This document shows positions 12,040 through 28,419 of a DNA stretch of 64,000 bases, one piece after another (the stretch's first letter is position 1; every line of letters starts with the position of its first letter). Origin of the DNA: Macrostomum lignano (Eukaryota); assembly GCA_002269645.1 (NCBI GenBank), contig NIVC01000624.1:62001-126000 (forward strand). Reading direction: 5' to 3'. A program made the translations under genes and the position numbers. Below the pieces are notes generated by a model. It worked only from the letters and a program-made list of their open reading frames with translations. It was not told the origin of the DNA and searched no databases.

Positions 12040-12780
12040 TGGCGGAACTAAGTACATGTTGCTGTGAGTCTATGACTAGAGCGGAACTAGTACATGTTGC
12101 TGTGAGTCTATGACCAGAGCGGAACTAGTACATGTTGCTGTGAGTCTATGACCAGAGCGGAACTAGTACATGTTGCTATGAGTCTATGACCAGAGCCGAA
12201 CTAGTACATGTTGCTGTGAGTCTATGACCAGAGCGGAACTAGTACATGTTGCTGTGAGTCTATGACCAGAGCGGAACTAGTACATGTTGCTGTGAGTCTA
12301 TGACCAGAGCGGAACTAGTACATGTTGCTATGAGTCTATGACCAGAGCGGAACTAGTACATGTTGCTGTGACTCTATGACCAGAGCCGAACTAGTACATG
12401 TTGCTGTGAGTCTATGACCAGAGCGGAACTAGTACATGTTGCTGTGACTCTATGACCAGAGCCGAACTAGTACATGTTGCTGTGAGTCTATGACCAGAGC
12501 GGAACTAGTACATGTTGCTGTGACTCTATGACCAGAGCCGAACTAGTACATGTTGCTGTGACTCTATGACCAGAGCCGAACTAGTACATGTTGCTGTGAG
12601 TCTATGACCAGAGCCGAACTAGTACATGTTGCTGTGAGTCTATGACCAGAGCGGAACTAGTACATGTTGCTGTAAGTCTATGACCAGAGCGGAACTAAGT
12701 ACATGTAGCTCTGAGTCTATGACCGGAGCGGAACTAAGTACATGAAGCTATGACTCTATGACCAGAGCGGAACTAGTAGT
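12040..12780. repeat. 38 bp minisatellite AGAGCGGAACTAGTACATGTTGCTGTGAGTCTATGACC (~19-20 copies)
   Basis: Visible array; the 32 bp unit of 8095-8275 plus a 6 bp ACATGT insertion and a few substitutions. Confidence 0.95.
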
Positions 12781-12824
12781 TATGATCCTTTGACCGGAGC
12801 CTAACCTGTTTGAATGACCACATT

Positions 12825-13110
12825 CAATTCATTTGCTAAAGCTAAGCCCAAAAACCATCCTCACGCCTTTTTGTACTTTTGCTAAGCTACCTAATTTGTT
12901 TCGCTGAATGAGGAAATAAAAAAAAACTGCTTTTACACTGCGCCCTTCGGCTTCCCGTAGGAACAACAAAATTGCGACACTGGTAATTCCGCATTCGCCC
13001 AGTTGCCGTAGCAACCAGATTCAGATAAGGACGATCGATTAGATTGCAGAGAGTGCCTGCTTGAATTTGTGCAGATTACATGCAAATGAAGGGAATTAAA
13101 GGTAGGTAAT
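12825..13110. promoter_or_regulatory. Conserved non-coding block, copy 2: X-box-like GTTGCCGTAGCAAC 13002-13015, AGATAA 13023-13028, octamer ATGCAAAT 13080-13087
   Basis: Paralogous to 8355-8720 (shared TTTCGCTGAATGAGGAAATAAAAAAAA, ACAAAATTGCG, TGCTTGAATTTGT, ATGCAAATGAAG). Confidence 0.58.
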
Positions 13111-13134
13111 CTATCTATGACCATTATGTAGCTT

Positions 13135-13680
13135 ATCTCCCTCTCTTTAACTCCCTCTCTCCCTACACTCTCCCTGTCTCCCTACACTATCCTTGTCTCC
13201 CTTCACTCTCCCTGTCTCCCTTCACTCTCCCTGTCTCCCTTCACTCTCCCTGTCTCCCTTCACTCTTCCTGTCTCCCTTCACTCTCCCTGTCTCCCTTCA
13301 CTCTCCCTGTCTCCCTTCACTCTCCCTGTCTCCCTTCAGTCTCCCTGTTTCCCTTCACTCTCCCTGTCGTCTCCCTTTACTCTCCCAGTCTCCCTTCACT
13401 CTCCCAGTCTCCCTTCACTCTCCCTGTCTCCCTTCACTCTCCCAGTCTCCCTTCACTCTCCCAGTCTCCCTTCACTCTCCCAGTCTCCTTCACTCTCCCA
13501 GTCTCCCTTCACTCTCCCAGTCTCCCTTCACTCTCCCTGTCTCCCTTCACTCTCCCTGTCTCCCTTCACTCTCCCTGTCTCCCTTCAGTCTCCCTGTTTC
13601 CCTTCACTCTCCCTGTCGTCTCCCTTCACTCTCCCAGTCTCCCTTCACTCTCCCTGTCTCCCTACAGTCTCCCTCTCTCT
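13135..13680. repeat. Pyrimidine-rich minisatellite TCTCCCTTCACTCTCCCTG
   Basis: Visible array. Confidence 0.92.
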
Positions 13681-14185
13681 TTGACATCCGCCCAAACGCG
13701 GCAGTCAATCTCCATCAACACTATTTCAAGCTTCTTTTCTTTCCATTTTTTGCCTAATCCCCTACATTGATTCATTCATTTTGTGAATGCTAAACCCCAA
13801 ATTTAAACTGGCATGCATTTCATTGTTTTTCGAAGGTTTTTCCTTAATCCATCTGCTAAAAATCCATTTGCAGACATCAATGGAAATGTTTTAGATTAAA
13901 TTTGCTAAAAATAGAGAAAAATCGAAATTAAAAAAAATAATTCAGCGCGTCTACATTGAGAAAAAATGCTAAAAAAATAGAATCCAACAACAGGCAAATG
14001 GCAGAATATATCCAAAAAATTGCAGGCATACGCGGCACTTGTCAGTCAATTCTGAAAAAATGCTCACTCACTGGTTGTTGACTGTATCGAAAACAAAATG
14101 TGGTGAAATTTCACAGCTAGTACAAATACACCTTTTTCCCGCTTTGATCGAATGAGCCAAAATAGATTGAATCCTAAAGTGAAGA

Positions 14186-14278
14186 CAGTTCACCTCTCTG
14201 GAGGAGATCAACGACTACCTGGACGATGGTAAAGACGCGGCCAGCAGCAAAGCTTCATCCGCTAATGACGATCGCTGA
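14186..14278 (+). pseudogene. Relic NPF-like fragment QFTSLEEINDYLDD (truncated fourth copy or orphan exon)
   Basis: Resembles module A N-termini (QFNSADEVDEY, DFTSADDVAEYL); GC-rich codons in AT-rich context; in-frame stop just upstream; no RPRF downstream; TGA at 14276-14278. Confidence 0.45.
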
Positions 14279-14409
14279 TCCAAAAACCGTTTACCTTGAC
14301 AACCAAAATGATTTTCCAAACTGAAATATACAGATAGAATATGATTATGGATGCTGCACACTTGCAGTAAATTGCTTCTTTAATGAATTGTCTTTTTCAA
14401 GGGTTATCA

Positions 14410-15290
14410 CAGATCCCATGTTAGGGAGAAATCATCCCAGATCCCCATGTTAGGGAGAAATCATCCCAGATCCCCATGTTAGGGAGAAATCATCCCAGAT
14501 CCCCATGTTAGGGAGAAATCATCCCAGATCCCCATGTTAGGGAGAAATCATCCCAGATCCCCATGTTAGGGAGAAATCATCCCAGATCCCCATGTTAGGG
14601 AGAAATCATCCCAGAAATCATCCCTAATATATTACTCGTAGGGAGAAATCATCCCAGATCCCCATGTTAGGGAGAAATCATCCCAGATCCCCATATTAGG
14701 GAGAAATCATCCCAGGTCCTCATATGAGGAACCTGGATCCCATGTTAGGGAGAAATCATTCCAGATCCCCATGTTAGGGAGAAATCATCCCAGATCCCCA
14801 TGTTACTCGTAGGGAGAAATCATCCCAGATCCCCATATTAGGGAGAAATCACCCTAGATCCTCAAATTAGGGAGAAATCATCTCAGATCCCTATATTATT
14901 GGGTGAAATCATTCCAGTTCCCCATATTAGCGAGGAATCTTCTCAGATCCCCATATTAGGGAGAAATCACACCATATCCCCATATTAAGGAGAAATCATC
15001 CTAGATCCCCATATTAGGGAGAAACCATCCCAGATCCTCATATGAGGGAGAAATAATCCTAGATCCTCAAATTAGGGAGAAATCATCTCAGATCCCCATA
15101 TTATTGGGTGAAATCATCCCAGTTCCCCATATTAGGGAGAAATCATCCTAAATCCCCATATTAGTGAGGAATCTTCTCAGATCCCATATGAGCGAAACAT
15201 CATCCCAGATCCCCATTTTAGTGACACATCATCCTAGATCTTCATATTAGGGAGAAATGATACGAGATCCCCATATTAGGGAGAAATATG
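14410..15290. repeat. 29 bp minisatellite GGAGAAATCATCCCAGATCCCCATGTTAG, degenerating rightwards
   Basis: Period 29 visible. Confidence 0.93.
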
Positions 15291-15316
15291 GAGGTGAGAC
15301 TCTGATGAAGCGGCGT

Positions 15317-15361
15317 CCAATCAGAGAGCAGTGCAGCCAGCCTGCAAGATGCTGATATAAA
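15317..15361 (+). promoter_or_regulatory. Core promoter of NPF gene 3: CCAAT 15317-15321 and TATAAA 15356-15361
   Basis: Canonical motifs at plausible spacing upstream of ATG 15433. Confidence 0.55.
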
Positions 15362-15432
15362 CTTGCCAGGTGCTATAATAATGTCTTCTTTCGCGCTCCT
15401 GTTTCGAATAAAGCTTCGCCGAGACACAGCAA

Positions 15433-15858
15433 ATGGCTGCTGCCAGAGGAATTAGCCTGCCGTGTCTTCTCCTCTTTCTGCTGTCGACTGCCGCTCTGGT
15501 CCAGTCGAAGTATCTGCTCAAAGCGCCGCAGGAGGCCGCTGACAGCTTCGAATCGGCTGATGACGTAGCTGAATACCTGAATTACCTTAGCCGGTACTTC
15601 CGCTCCGTGAGCCGGCCTCGCTTCGGCAAGCGCAGCAGGTCGTCGTTTGACACCGCGGCTGCTACGGCCGAGTACATCAACGGCCTCAACAAGTACTTGC
15701 ACTCGATGAGCCGGCCCCGCTTCGGCAAGCGCAGCAGGTCGTCGTTTGACACCGCGGCTGCTACGGCCGAGTACATCAACGGTCTCAACAAGTATTTGCA
15801 CTCGATGAGCCGGCCCCGCTTCGGCAAGCGCAGGTCACACCTGTACTATCTGTACTAA
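15433..15858 (+). CDS. Intronless NPY/NPF-family precursor 3 (141 aa) with three RPRFamide peptides, the last two identical
   Basis: Signal MAAARGISLPCLLLFLLSTAALVQS; three SRPRF-GKR motifs; 99 bp internal duplication 15631-15729/15730-15828; AATAAA at 15926-15931 and 15943-15948. Confidence 0.93.
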   Translation: MAAARGISLPCLLLFLLSTAALVQSKYLLKAPQEAADSFESADDVAEYLNYLSRYFRSVSRPRFGKRSRSSFDTAAATAEYINGLNKYLHSMSRPRFGKRSRSSFDTAAATAEYINGLNKYLHSMSRPRFGKRRSHLYYLY

Positions 15859-16159
15859 CAACCCCTTTGAATAAGTGAAACGCGCGCAGGTGAAGCTAAC
15901 TAGAAGTTAAAACAGCTGTGGAATGAATAAATAACCGAAACAAATAAAACGAAACGGACACAGAGTCAAAAAGTACTTTTTGTTAATTGTGTCGCATCTG
16001 TCTGTTGCACTTTACTGCATTGATCATTATTTACTCGCAGATTATTTACAGTAATAACCATGTTTGAATTCTCACAGAACGTTGACCATTCGCTTTTGAT
16101 GAAAAACTACCTTTTAGAGCATTTTATAGTAGGTAAATGTTAATCACTCCGTTGAGCAT

Positions 16160-16465
16160 GCTAGAAGAACAACTTTCCTCTTTGAGCATTTTGGAAGAGC
16201 AGCTTCCCCTTTGGTTGGAAGAGCAGCTTCCCCTTTTGTTGGAAGAGCAGCTTCCCCTTTTGTTGGAAGAGCAGCTTTCCCTTTTGTTGGAAGAGCAGCT
16301 TCCCCTTTTGTTGGAAGAGCAGCTTCCCCTTTTGTTGGAAGAGCAGCTTCCCCTTTTGTTGGAAGAGCAGCTTCCCCTTTTGTTGGAAGAGCAGCTTCCC
16401 CTTTTGTTGGAAGAGCAGCTTCCCCTTTTGTTGGAAGAGCAGCTTCCACTTTGAGCATGTTGGAA
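16160..16465. repeat. 24 bp minisatellite TGTTGGAAGAGCAGCTTCCCCTTT
   Basis: Visible array between the convergent 3' ends of NPF gene 3 and ROR. Confidence 0.93.
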
Positions 16466-16672
16466 GAGAGGGGTTTAATAACCTCAGCCTTGGAAACTAT
16501 CTCAGGAGGGGTGCTCCTGCATTAGAGAAAGATACATGCTGAATCAAATGAGAACCGAATGTTTGCCAAAGCGGATAGACAGTGCCGCTGGGAGGATTAA
16601 CTAAAAATCAATAAATACGACTTGGTCTCCAATGAGTTCAATGAGTTGACGGTCTGTCGATATGACCGTCAG

Positions 16673-22611
<5,939 letters not shown>

Positions 22612-22764
22612 CTCCTAGTACTCGACTGTCGGCTTACTGGAGAAAATTGGCAGGCAAGTTGTTTATGCACTTGTCAGCTGCTCACAATGCCGCTTTTCAT
22701 TGCTAAAGACAGTTTGCTAAATCTTGCTTTGATTCCTGAGCCACTAGTCTGCGGAACCAGCCTT

Positions 22765-24115
22765 CCTGCCACCCTTCACTCTCTCCTTTGTACACCTCAC
22801 TCTCTCCTTTGTACACCTCACTCTCTCCTTTGTACACCTCACTCTCTCCTTTGTACACCTCACTCTCTCCTTTGTACACCTCACTCTCTCCTTTGTACAC
22901 CTCTCTCTCTCCTTTGTACATCTCACTCTCTCCTTCTACATCTCACTCTCTCGTTCTACACCTCACTCTCTCCTACATCTCACTCATTCTACACCTGACC
23001 GCCTTCTCATATTCCATTTTCACGCCAACCTCGCCCTATCCATTGAACCTAAAAGTCATTCACGTCGATCAAAAGTCACCCTAGGCTCTGACCAAAGTCG
23101 GGTGTTTAATTTCAGGCTCCCTACGTCTAGATACTCGTAAGATATACGATGCAATTATTGTAAGCCGGGCAAGCCGCCAAGCAGCCACCTGCGCGACTAG
23201 GAGATGCTTGCTTAACTAAGGAAAGAAGTTTGCAACAGAGAGGCAGTTAACAAGTTTAGCTGGGTGACGAAGGGAAGAGGGAGAAAGTTGGTAAAGGGAC
23301 ATGTAAGGCTCTTGCTAGGTGGCCGCCACAATAACCATAACACATGCCGCTGCGCACAGCCATGACTCACCGCCCTGACCTGCGCGGGCATCTGGCGCAG
23401 TCATTAACCTGGCTGCGTAAAGTGTGACTGGGCCAGTAAGCATTCTGTTTTCTGGGCGAAGCACTTACAGTTGAAGATCGGCTGGGGTGGCATTTTTGCG
23501 ATGATTGAAAATTATTTTTCTGTCCGTATTCTCTCATTGTCACTCTCTCGCTGATCCCTGTCACTCTCTCGCTGATCCCTGTCACTCTCTCGCTGATCCC
23601 TGTCACTCTCTCGCTGATCCCTGTCACTCTCTCGCTGATCCCTGTCACTCTCTCGCTGATCCCTGTCACTCTCTCGCTGATCCCTGTCACTCTCTCTCGC
23701 TGATCCCTGTCACTCTCTCTCACTGATCCCTGTCACTCTCTCACTGATCCCTGTCACTCTCTCTCTCTCTCGCTGATCCCTGTCACTCTCTTGCTAAACC
23801 CTTTCACTCTCTCTCGCTGATCCCTGTCACTCTCTCGCTGATCCCTGCCACTCTCTCGCTGATCCCTGTCACTCTCTCGCTGATCCCTGTCACTCTCTCG
23901 CTGATCCCTGTCACTCTCTCTCTCGCTGATCCCTGTCACTCTCTCGCTGATCCCTGTCACTCTCTCTCTCGCTGATCCCTGTCACTCTCTCGCTGATCCC
24001 TGTCACTCTCTCGAACTGATCCCTGTCACTCTCTCGCTGATCCCTGTCACTCTCTCGCTGATCCCTGTCACTCTCTCGCTGATCCCTGTCACTCTCTCGC
24101 TGAATTCTGTCACTC
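22765..24115. repeat. Two CT-rich ~21 bp minisatellites (22765-22995 CTCTCTCCTTTGTACACCTCA; 23535-24115 CTCTCTCGCTGATCCCTGTCA) separated by unique sequence
   Basis: Visible arrays. Confidence 0.88.
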
Positions 24116-24654
24116 ACTAATTCCTAGCTCGTATAAATGTCAGCAAACTTTTAATCTCAATGCAACCGCTATCATTTTTTCATGCCCTCTTTTCCAAAGC
24201 ACGAGCTGAGCAATAATTGCGAGCTTAGACTGTGAGCCTCAAACTGGGACATACATGCAAGGATTTACACTCAAGCTTGTAGATTTCTATGTAAATAGCC
24301 AAGTTAAATAACAAGACTTCATAATATCTAGTGTAACAATTATATTAAGTGCACAACCATATCAGATAGTCATGCCTATAGATACATTATTTACTTTGCT
24401 AAGTCACATATAACTCATAACGTTGAACTGTCACTAATAGCAAAACTTCAGAAATTTTTCATCCACTATTTAGAGCGTGTCTTTTATGTAAAACTAGATT
24501 TTATGGTTTTTTAAATATTGCTGCTTTGATCTCCAACTGTGGAAACGTCTGGAAAATGGTGCAGTCTGGCTTTTTAGCCGCATGGCAATAATTGCAGAAA
24601 CTTTACAAACATGAGGGCTCCTTCGCTAATCTAAGTGCTTGTTCACCAAGCTGC

Positions 24655-26900
24655 AGTTCACCAATTATAGTCCATCGTTCACCAATATAGGTGCTCATTC
24701 ACCAATATAGGTGCTCATTCACCAATCTACATGTAGGTGCTCATTGACTAATCTAGGTGCTCATCCACCAATCTAGGTCCTCATTAACCAATCTAGGGGC
24801 TCATTCACCCATCTAGGTGCTCATTCACCAATCTAGGTGCTCATTCTCCAATCTAGGTGCTCATTGACTAATCTAGGTGCTCATCCACCAATCTAGGTCC
24901 TCATTAACCAATCTAGGTGCTCATTCACCCATCTAGGTGCTCATTAACCAATCTAGGTGCTCATTAACCAATCTAGGTGCTCATTAACCAATCTAGGTCC
25001 TCATTAACCAATCTAGGTGCTCATTAACCAATCTAGGTACTCATTAACCAATCTAGGTGCTCATTCAATAATCTAGGTGCTCATTCACCCATCTAGGTGC
25101 TCATTCACCCATCTAGGTGCTTATTCACCAATCTAGGTGCTCATTCACCCATCTAGGTGCTCATTCACCAATCTAGGTGCTCATTCACCAATCTAGGTGC
25201 TCATTCACCAATCTAGGTACTCATTAACCAATCTAGGTGCTCATTAACCAATCTAGGTGCTCATTCACCAATCTAGGTGCTCATTCACCCATCTAGGTGC
25301 TCATTCACCCATCTAGGTGCTCATTCACCCATCTAGGTGCTTATTCACCAATCTAGGTGCTCATTCACTAATCTAGGTGCTCATTCACCAATCTAGGTGC
25401 TCATTCACCAATCTAGGTGCTCATTCACCAATCTAGGTACTCATTCTCCAATCTAGGTGCTCATTCACTAATCTAGGTGCTCATTCACTAATCTAGGTGC
25501 TCATCCACCAATCTAGGTCCTCATTAACCAATCTAGGTGCTCATTAACCAATCTAGGTGCTCATTAACCAATCTAGGTGCTCATTGACTAATCTAGGTGC
25601 TCATCCACCAATCTAGGTCCTCATTAACCAATCTAGGGGCTCATTCACCCATCTAGGTGCTCATTCACCAATCTAGGTGCTCATTCTCCAATCTAGGTGC
25701 TCATTGACTAATCTAGGTGCTCATCCACCAATCTAGGTCCTCATTAACCAATCTAGGTGCTCATTCACCCATCTAGGTGCTCATTAACCAATCTAGGTGC
25801 TCATTAACCAATCTAGGTGCTCATTAACCAATCTAGGTCCTCATTAACCAATCTAGGTGCTCATTAACCAATCTAGGTACTCATTAACCAATCTAGGTGC
25901 TCATTCAATAATCTAGGTGCTCATTCACCCATCTAGGTGCTCATTCACCCATCTAGGTGCTTATTCACCAATCTAGGTGCTCATTCACCCATCTAGGTGC
26001 TCATTCACCAATCTAGGTGCTCATTCACCAATCTAGGTGCTCATTCACCAATCTAGGTACTCATTAACCAATCTAGGTGCTCATTAACCAATCTAGGTGC
26101 TCATTCACCAATCTAGGTGCTCATTCACCCATCTAGGTGCTCATTCACCCATCTAGGTGCTTATTCACCAATCTAGGTGCTCATTCACTAATCTAGGTGC
26201 TCATTCACCAATCTAGGTGCTCATTCACCAATCTAGGTGCTCATTCACCAATCTAGGTACTCATTCTCCAATCTAGGTGCTCATTCACTAATCTAGGTGC
26301 TCATTCACTAATCTAGGTGCTCATCCACCAATCTAGGTCCTCATTAACCAATCTAGGTGCTCATTAACCAATCTAGGTGCTCATTCTCCAATCTAGGTGC
26401 TCATTGACTAATCTAGGTGCTCATCCACCAATCTAGGTCCTCATTAACCAATCTAGGAGCTCATTCACCAATCTAGGTGCTCATTCACCAATCTAGGTGC
26501 TCATTCTCCAATCTAGGTGCTCATTGACTAATCTAGGTGCTCATCCACCAATCTAGGTCCTCATTAACCAATCTAGGTGCTCATTCACCCATCTAGGTGC
26601 TCATTCACCCATCTAGGTGCTTATTCACCAATCTAGGTGCTCATTCACCCATCTAGGTGCTCATTCACCAATCTAGGTGCTCATTCACCAATCTAGGTGC
26701 TCATTCACCAATCTAGGTGCTCATTCGTCAATCTAGGCGCTCATTCACTCATATTGGCGATCCTTCACCAATCTGGGCAACCCTTTACCAATCTGGTCGC
26801 TCCTTCACCAATGTAAGCGATCCTTTACCAATGTAAGCGATCCTTTACCAATGTAAGCGATCCTTTTCCAATCTAAGCTGTAGTTCACCAATCTAATCGA
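24655..26900. repeat. 20 bp satellite CACCAATCTAGGTGCTCATT with an 840 bp higher-order duplication
   Basis: The variant pattern from 24781 recurs at 25621 (offset 840). Confidence 0.96.
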
Positions 26901-27038
26901 GTCTTGGGGCCACTTCACCAATTTAGTTCGAGTATTAATTTTGTCTCGCCAAGTCTCGCGTTGATCGGGACATGCTCGAACACTGATCGAGATGACATAA
27001 CTTCCTGGGCTTGGCTTGGTTCCGTGATGGCTGGCAAG

Positions 27039-27126
<88 letters not shown>

Positions 27127-27494
27127 GTGAGACTGAGACTCAGGGTGGTCTCTAAGTGGCTGCTGCTGCTGCTGGATTGTAAATATTTACCCACTAAACC
27201 TTCACTGATCTGTTTAAGAACTGAAGGGGATTGTGGGGAGGTTGTCGGAGAGACCCTGCGCTAAGGACGGGCGGGCCAGGCCATTTTTATCCTCTTGCCT
27301 GGCGGCCCGTTCGACCCTCGGAAGCTTCTTGAGTGGAAATTTCAGGCCATTCCAGCCGCGCTGCCGCTGATTGATGACCGAATCTGGTGGATTAATGCGT
27401 GCGGATGGCGGGCCCGGCAGCTGTGCTGATTAAAATAATTGAGCCGGGCTGCCCTGCCTTCGGTGCTGAAGACTTGAAGTTTTCCTATGATGCA

Positions 27495-28015
27495 GGCCGA
27501 CATCTAGAGGGAGATGGAGGCCGACATCTAGAGGGAGATGGAGGCCGACATCTAGAGGGAGATGGAGGCCGACATCTAGAGGGAGATAGAGGTGGAAATC
27601 TAGAGGGAAATGGAGGTGGACATCTAGAGGTAGATGGAGGTGGACATCTACAGGGAGATGGAGGCCGACATCTAGAGGGAGATAGAGGTGGACATCTAGA
27701 GGGAGATGGAGGCCGACATCTAAAGGGAGATGGAGGCGGACATCTAAAGGGAGATGGAGGCCGACATCTAGAGGGATAGTAATTAAATGTCACAGGGACT
27801 AATGAAATGTCACAGGACTAATGAAATGTCACAGGGACTAATGAAATGTCACAGGACTAATGAAATGTCACAGGGACTAATGAAATATCACAGGGACTAA
27901 TGAAATGTCACAGGGACTAATGGAATGTCACAGGGACTAATGAAATGTCACAGGGACTAATGAAATGTCACAGGGACTAATGAAATGTCACAGGGACTAA
28001 TGAAATGTCACAGGA
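27495..28015. repeat. Adjacent 24 bp (GACATCTAGAGGGAGATGGAGGCC) and 20 bp (AATGAAATGTCACAGGGACT) minisatellites
   Basis: Visible arrays. Confidence 0.92.
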
Positions 28016-28419
28016 CATCTTTTCGAACTGGTCACAATAATGGCACAAGCAGTGTCACTGAGATGCTACAAGATGTTGCACATCCAGGCTGATATCCCCC
28101 ATGTTGGCCACAGGCTGCTGTCACTCAGTGGGGAGGCGGTAATGCAAAAACGCAGAGGGAAAAACGCAAAATCCAACTTTTTAGACATTTTCCCCTTGAC
28201 AAAAATTTCCGCAATGCCCTGCTTCAGAACCAATAACTCACAGCCAGGGTCATTCCTGTGCTAATGGATGCCAGCCCTCTTTTATCTCCTGTCTAGCCGA
28301 CCAACTAAAAGAAAAATTGCCAAACATAAATCTCTGCACTTCAACTGATTATCCTGAGCGCTGAGCGCCTTAAGCCAAGGACACTTTTAAAACTAGACAT
28401 CTGGAGTGTGCGAAAACCA

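Noticed and set aside
28040-28140. AQAVSLRCY resembles a Ly6 N-terminus
   Set aside because: The following residues lack the Ly6 cysteine pattern in frame; probably chance.
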